This document shows, in pieces, positions 61,251 through 64,000 of a stretch of DNA of 64,000 bases. The translations under genes were made by a program, and so were the position numbers. The notes under the pieces are model-generated. The model was not told the origin of the DNA, did no database searches, and saw nothing but the letters and a program-made list of their open reading frames with translations. How positions within the stretch are numbered: position 1 is the first letter of the stretch; each line of letters starts with the position of its first letter. Where the stretch lies: positions 1 to 64,000 of the forward strand of contig KZ538402.1 in the NCBI GenBank assembly GCA_000934665.2, written 5' to 3'. Source of the DNA: Catajapyx aquilonaris. Its lineage: Eukaryota.

Positions 61251-63391
61251 CTATTTAAGGAATGGATAAGGAGAAGTAGGGGCTAATGTCTTAGACGGCG
61301 CAGATTTATGAATAGGCAAAGTTCCTGCTCGACAACAGAAATAGTGAAAAAATTCAATCATGAGAGTCACGGCAGCACAGCCCAAACAGATTGCCCAGAA
61401 GTAGAAGATGATAGCCGTGTGTTTGTGCCAATGAACATTGGGCTCTCCTATTTCATCCACGTAATTATATTCATTGCTCTTGCGAATTTTCATGAACCTG
61501 TGCAATACTTCCTGGCTGTACCACATGTCATACAGACCCGATTCTATAATATTGGTGACGAAATCCATTGAGGCATCGTTGAGTATGCCCGAGTTGGATA
61601 ATCCGATGGTTGGGCTGAGTTGGTAATCCCTTGTCGGAGCCACTTTCAAGAGGGGGTGACCTCTCGCAGTGTAGAAGTGGCCGATTACTTCATTTAGAAG
61701 GATATTGTGAAGAATACAAGCTGTTTCAGGACTACGCAACGCTGCGTCCAAGCATGCCATCGAAAAAGGAGCTAAATCTGACTCGTTGAACAGCCGAATG
61801 ATTGGATTCCCGATCATGGACGTTAGCTGGAAATATAAGAGATAAGGTCATTTACGGCCAACGTAAATGCTACGTAACATACCCAACACCACTCAGAATT
61901 AAATGATTAGATAAGGTACCTGCTTGATGACAATGCCGGTTGCAAATGGCATGATGCATTTGTAGTCGGATGTGTACAACTGCTCTAGCGTTTCCGGGAT
62001 TATCTCAGTCCTAGGCAGCGCCATGATCTCAACAAGCTTGCTCTTGTAGCCGCAAACTATCACGGTGGCCAGGACCCAAAAGGAGCTTATCAAAAACCGT
62101 AGTCCGGGCAAATCAGGGATGTCATGGGGTTGCTCCAGAAGCATCCTGATCACCATGCCTGCAGCCGATGAAAAAGATGCTGGCCCGACATGTCTGTTCA
62201 AAAAGCATTTGAGGACCACAGCACATGCTACGGTGGTGAATGACAACCAGATCCAAGACTCCATGCTTAAGGGTTGCAGCAAAACGATCCACCGGATTTT
62301 CACGGCAGGCATTGCAGTCGCGAAAGTCAAATGGGCTGTTATCATACTTTTTGTCATTTTCAAATATGGAATTAGATCTGGTTTCAGGGAAAATATGACA
62401 CCAGAGTAGCACTCGCCAGACAATATTGGAGCAGCTCCTCCGATCCACGATCCATTTGCGAGCCTGTACTCCCATTTTTCCTCAGTCGGTTCCATCACAT
62501 GTATCTTATTAATACGAACGCCAAGAGTTTCTTCCACTGCTATAAATGCGTTATCCAAAGCATTTACGAATCTGTATCCGTATTCTTGCAGTAACCAGCG
62601 TGAATGCTCGAGATCGATGTTTTCATAATGGACAATGCAGATTTGGTATCCGTTAGCATCTCTTGACATATCAGGATACAGATCTCTTCCCTGTTTATAT
62701 CCTTCTAGAGTTGTTATCATCATCGGCTGGCCTCCATCACCGCAGAAGAAGCAAACGGTTTGAAGATCTAGTCGCTTCTCAGGTGAGAATCTGCCAAATT
62801 AATTAAAATGAGTTGGCTACTTAGTTCACACAATTTTGAGAGTTCTTACCTGGTTGCCACCTTATATTTTATCCCTGAGGCAAGTCCATGCTTCAACATG
62901 CTCTGCGGATCTCCACGCTTGAAGTGCATTATGAACGGATCTTCAAGATTTCTCACACGGACAAAAGCGACAGTTTGTAACATTAATTTGTTCAAGTGTT
63001 CCGGTGAGTTTAATAAGAACAGATTCAAAGTGCAGCTTCCTCCAGGCCAAAATTTTGATTTGATCTCTGGAGGCATGGTGCGAAACGAATAGATTTGTTC
63101 CTCTCTTGAAATTCCAAGGTATTTGGACCAATGCTTGATTGAGATTCCTGTTGGATGATGTGTGTTGAGAATTGCAACAGTCCGATACGAATTGCTTTGA
63201 ATTATTAGCAATTCATTCAGAAATTCACTTGTTGTTCTTTCACTTCTGGACATCACCAGTGAACAGTTGGTGTAGAGAGGATCATCTTGAATATCCTTGA
63301 TAACTTGAACCAGATTGTAGTATTCATCAGGTTCACTTGCTGAGTCGACAAAGTAAATTATCCATGACAGGACCCAACACAGTTTCCACAT
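61251..63391 (-). CDS. Divergent ionotropic receptor (IR, variant iGluR chemoreceptor), ~662 aa
   Basis: Exons 63391-62850, 62790-61920 and 61826-61251. Signal peptide, VCFFC, NGSWIG, LLQPLSMESWIW (M1), LLEQP, RFLISSFW..GYKSKL (M2), PETLEQL, IIESGLYDMW, a final TM, and terminal PYPFLK. Confidence 0.85.
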
Positions 63392-64000
63392 TTTAGCGCC
63401 TAATGCAAAACCTGTACCGGTAATTGCACGCTTACAGGGACAACACTTACGTTTACCGCAGTAAAATGTTGTGGTGTAACATATTTCTCTGACGCTCAAT
63501 TTACAACATGACTACACTTGCTTCTAAAGGCATGAGAAATGACTTATTCCGAGGAACATATGATAACTTACCCACTTTGTCATTACAGACACATGTAAAA
63601 GCATAAATCAATTCAACAATCAAGTGCTCAGATCTGACTGGTCATGAAGCAATTCAAGGTATTTTCTGCCTTATTGACTTCATAATAATATTATGGCAAC
63701 TATAATTATGACACAACATGCCAACTGATGATACAGTCACGTACAGTCTATCATGTGAATTATAAAATAATGCAACGCTCCACATGTTTTATTGAGAAAT
63801 AATTAGGTAGAATGATAGTATTTTCCTTTCCAAGTTCCTTTCAATTGGCTTCATTAACCTTAATAATTCTTATGGTTGGTCGGTAACTCTGGCCTAATAA
63901 TGGACACTGGCTCTGTCACCTCTACATAATTATTTAAAATCATTTTTTTGGCTGGTTCCAAGGAATTTGGTAAAATGGGGGTAAAGATTTGTCTAGTAAT

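Overview
Eukaryotic, intron-rich genomic DNA from a protostome animal, most likely an arthropod. The evidence is a divergent ionotropic receptor, an insect-type clathrin light chain and mostly 52-80 nt GT-AG introns. There are two N-gaps. Manual splicing gives 12 protein-coding genes in strictly alternating orientation: Reeler-less F-spondin with two Kunitz domains (+), C-terminally short ZFC3H1/Red1 (-), TFIIIA (+), MTIF3 (-), Tim8 (+), clathrin light chain (-), an 83-aa TMEM263-like gene absent from the ORF track (+), condensin II NCAPH2 (-), CD9/Tsp96F-like tetraspanin (+, first exon not found), membrane-anchored BACE (-), ALG5 (+) and an ionotropic receptor (-). Non-coding space holds MITEs (Tc1/mariner-pogo, piggyBac and Harbinger types), a tRNA-derived SINE, non-autonomous Helitrons with internal tandem arrays of RFX X-box motifs, other satellites and several long palindromes. 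The most notable items are a GTF3A-MTIF3 tail-to-tail pair matching the human arrangement, a 12-nt clathrin light chain microexon, X-box-amplifying mini-Helitrons, an ~800-bp symmetric CRE/YY1/TATA palindrome and the perfect strand alternation. All identifications come from reading the sequence and recalled family motifs; no database searches were run.
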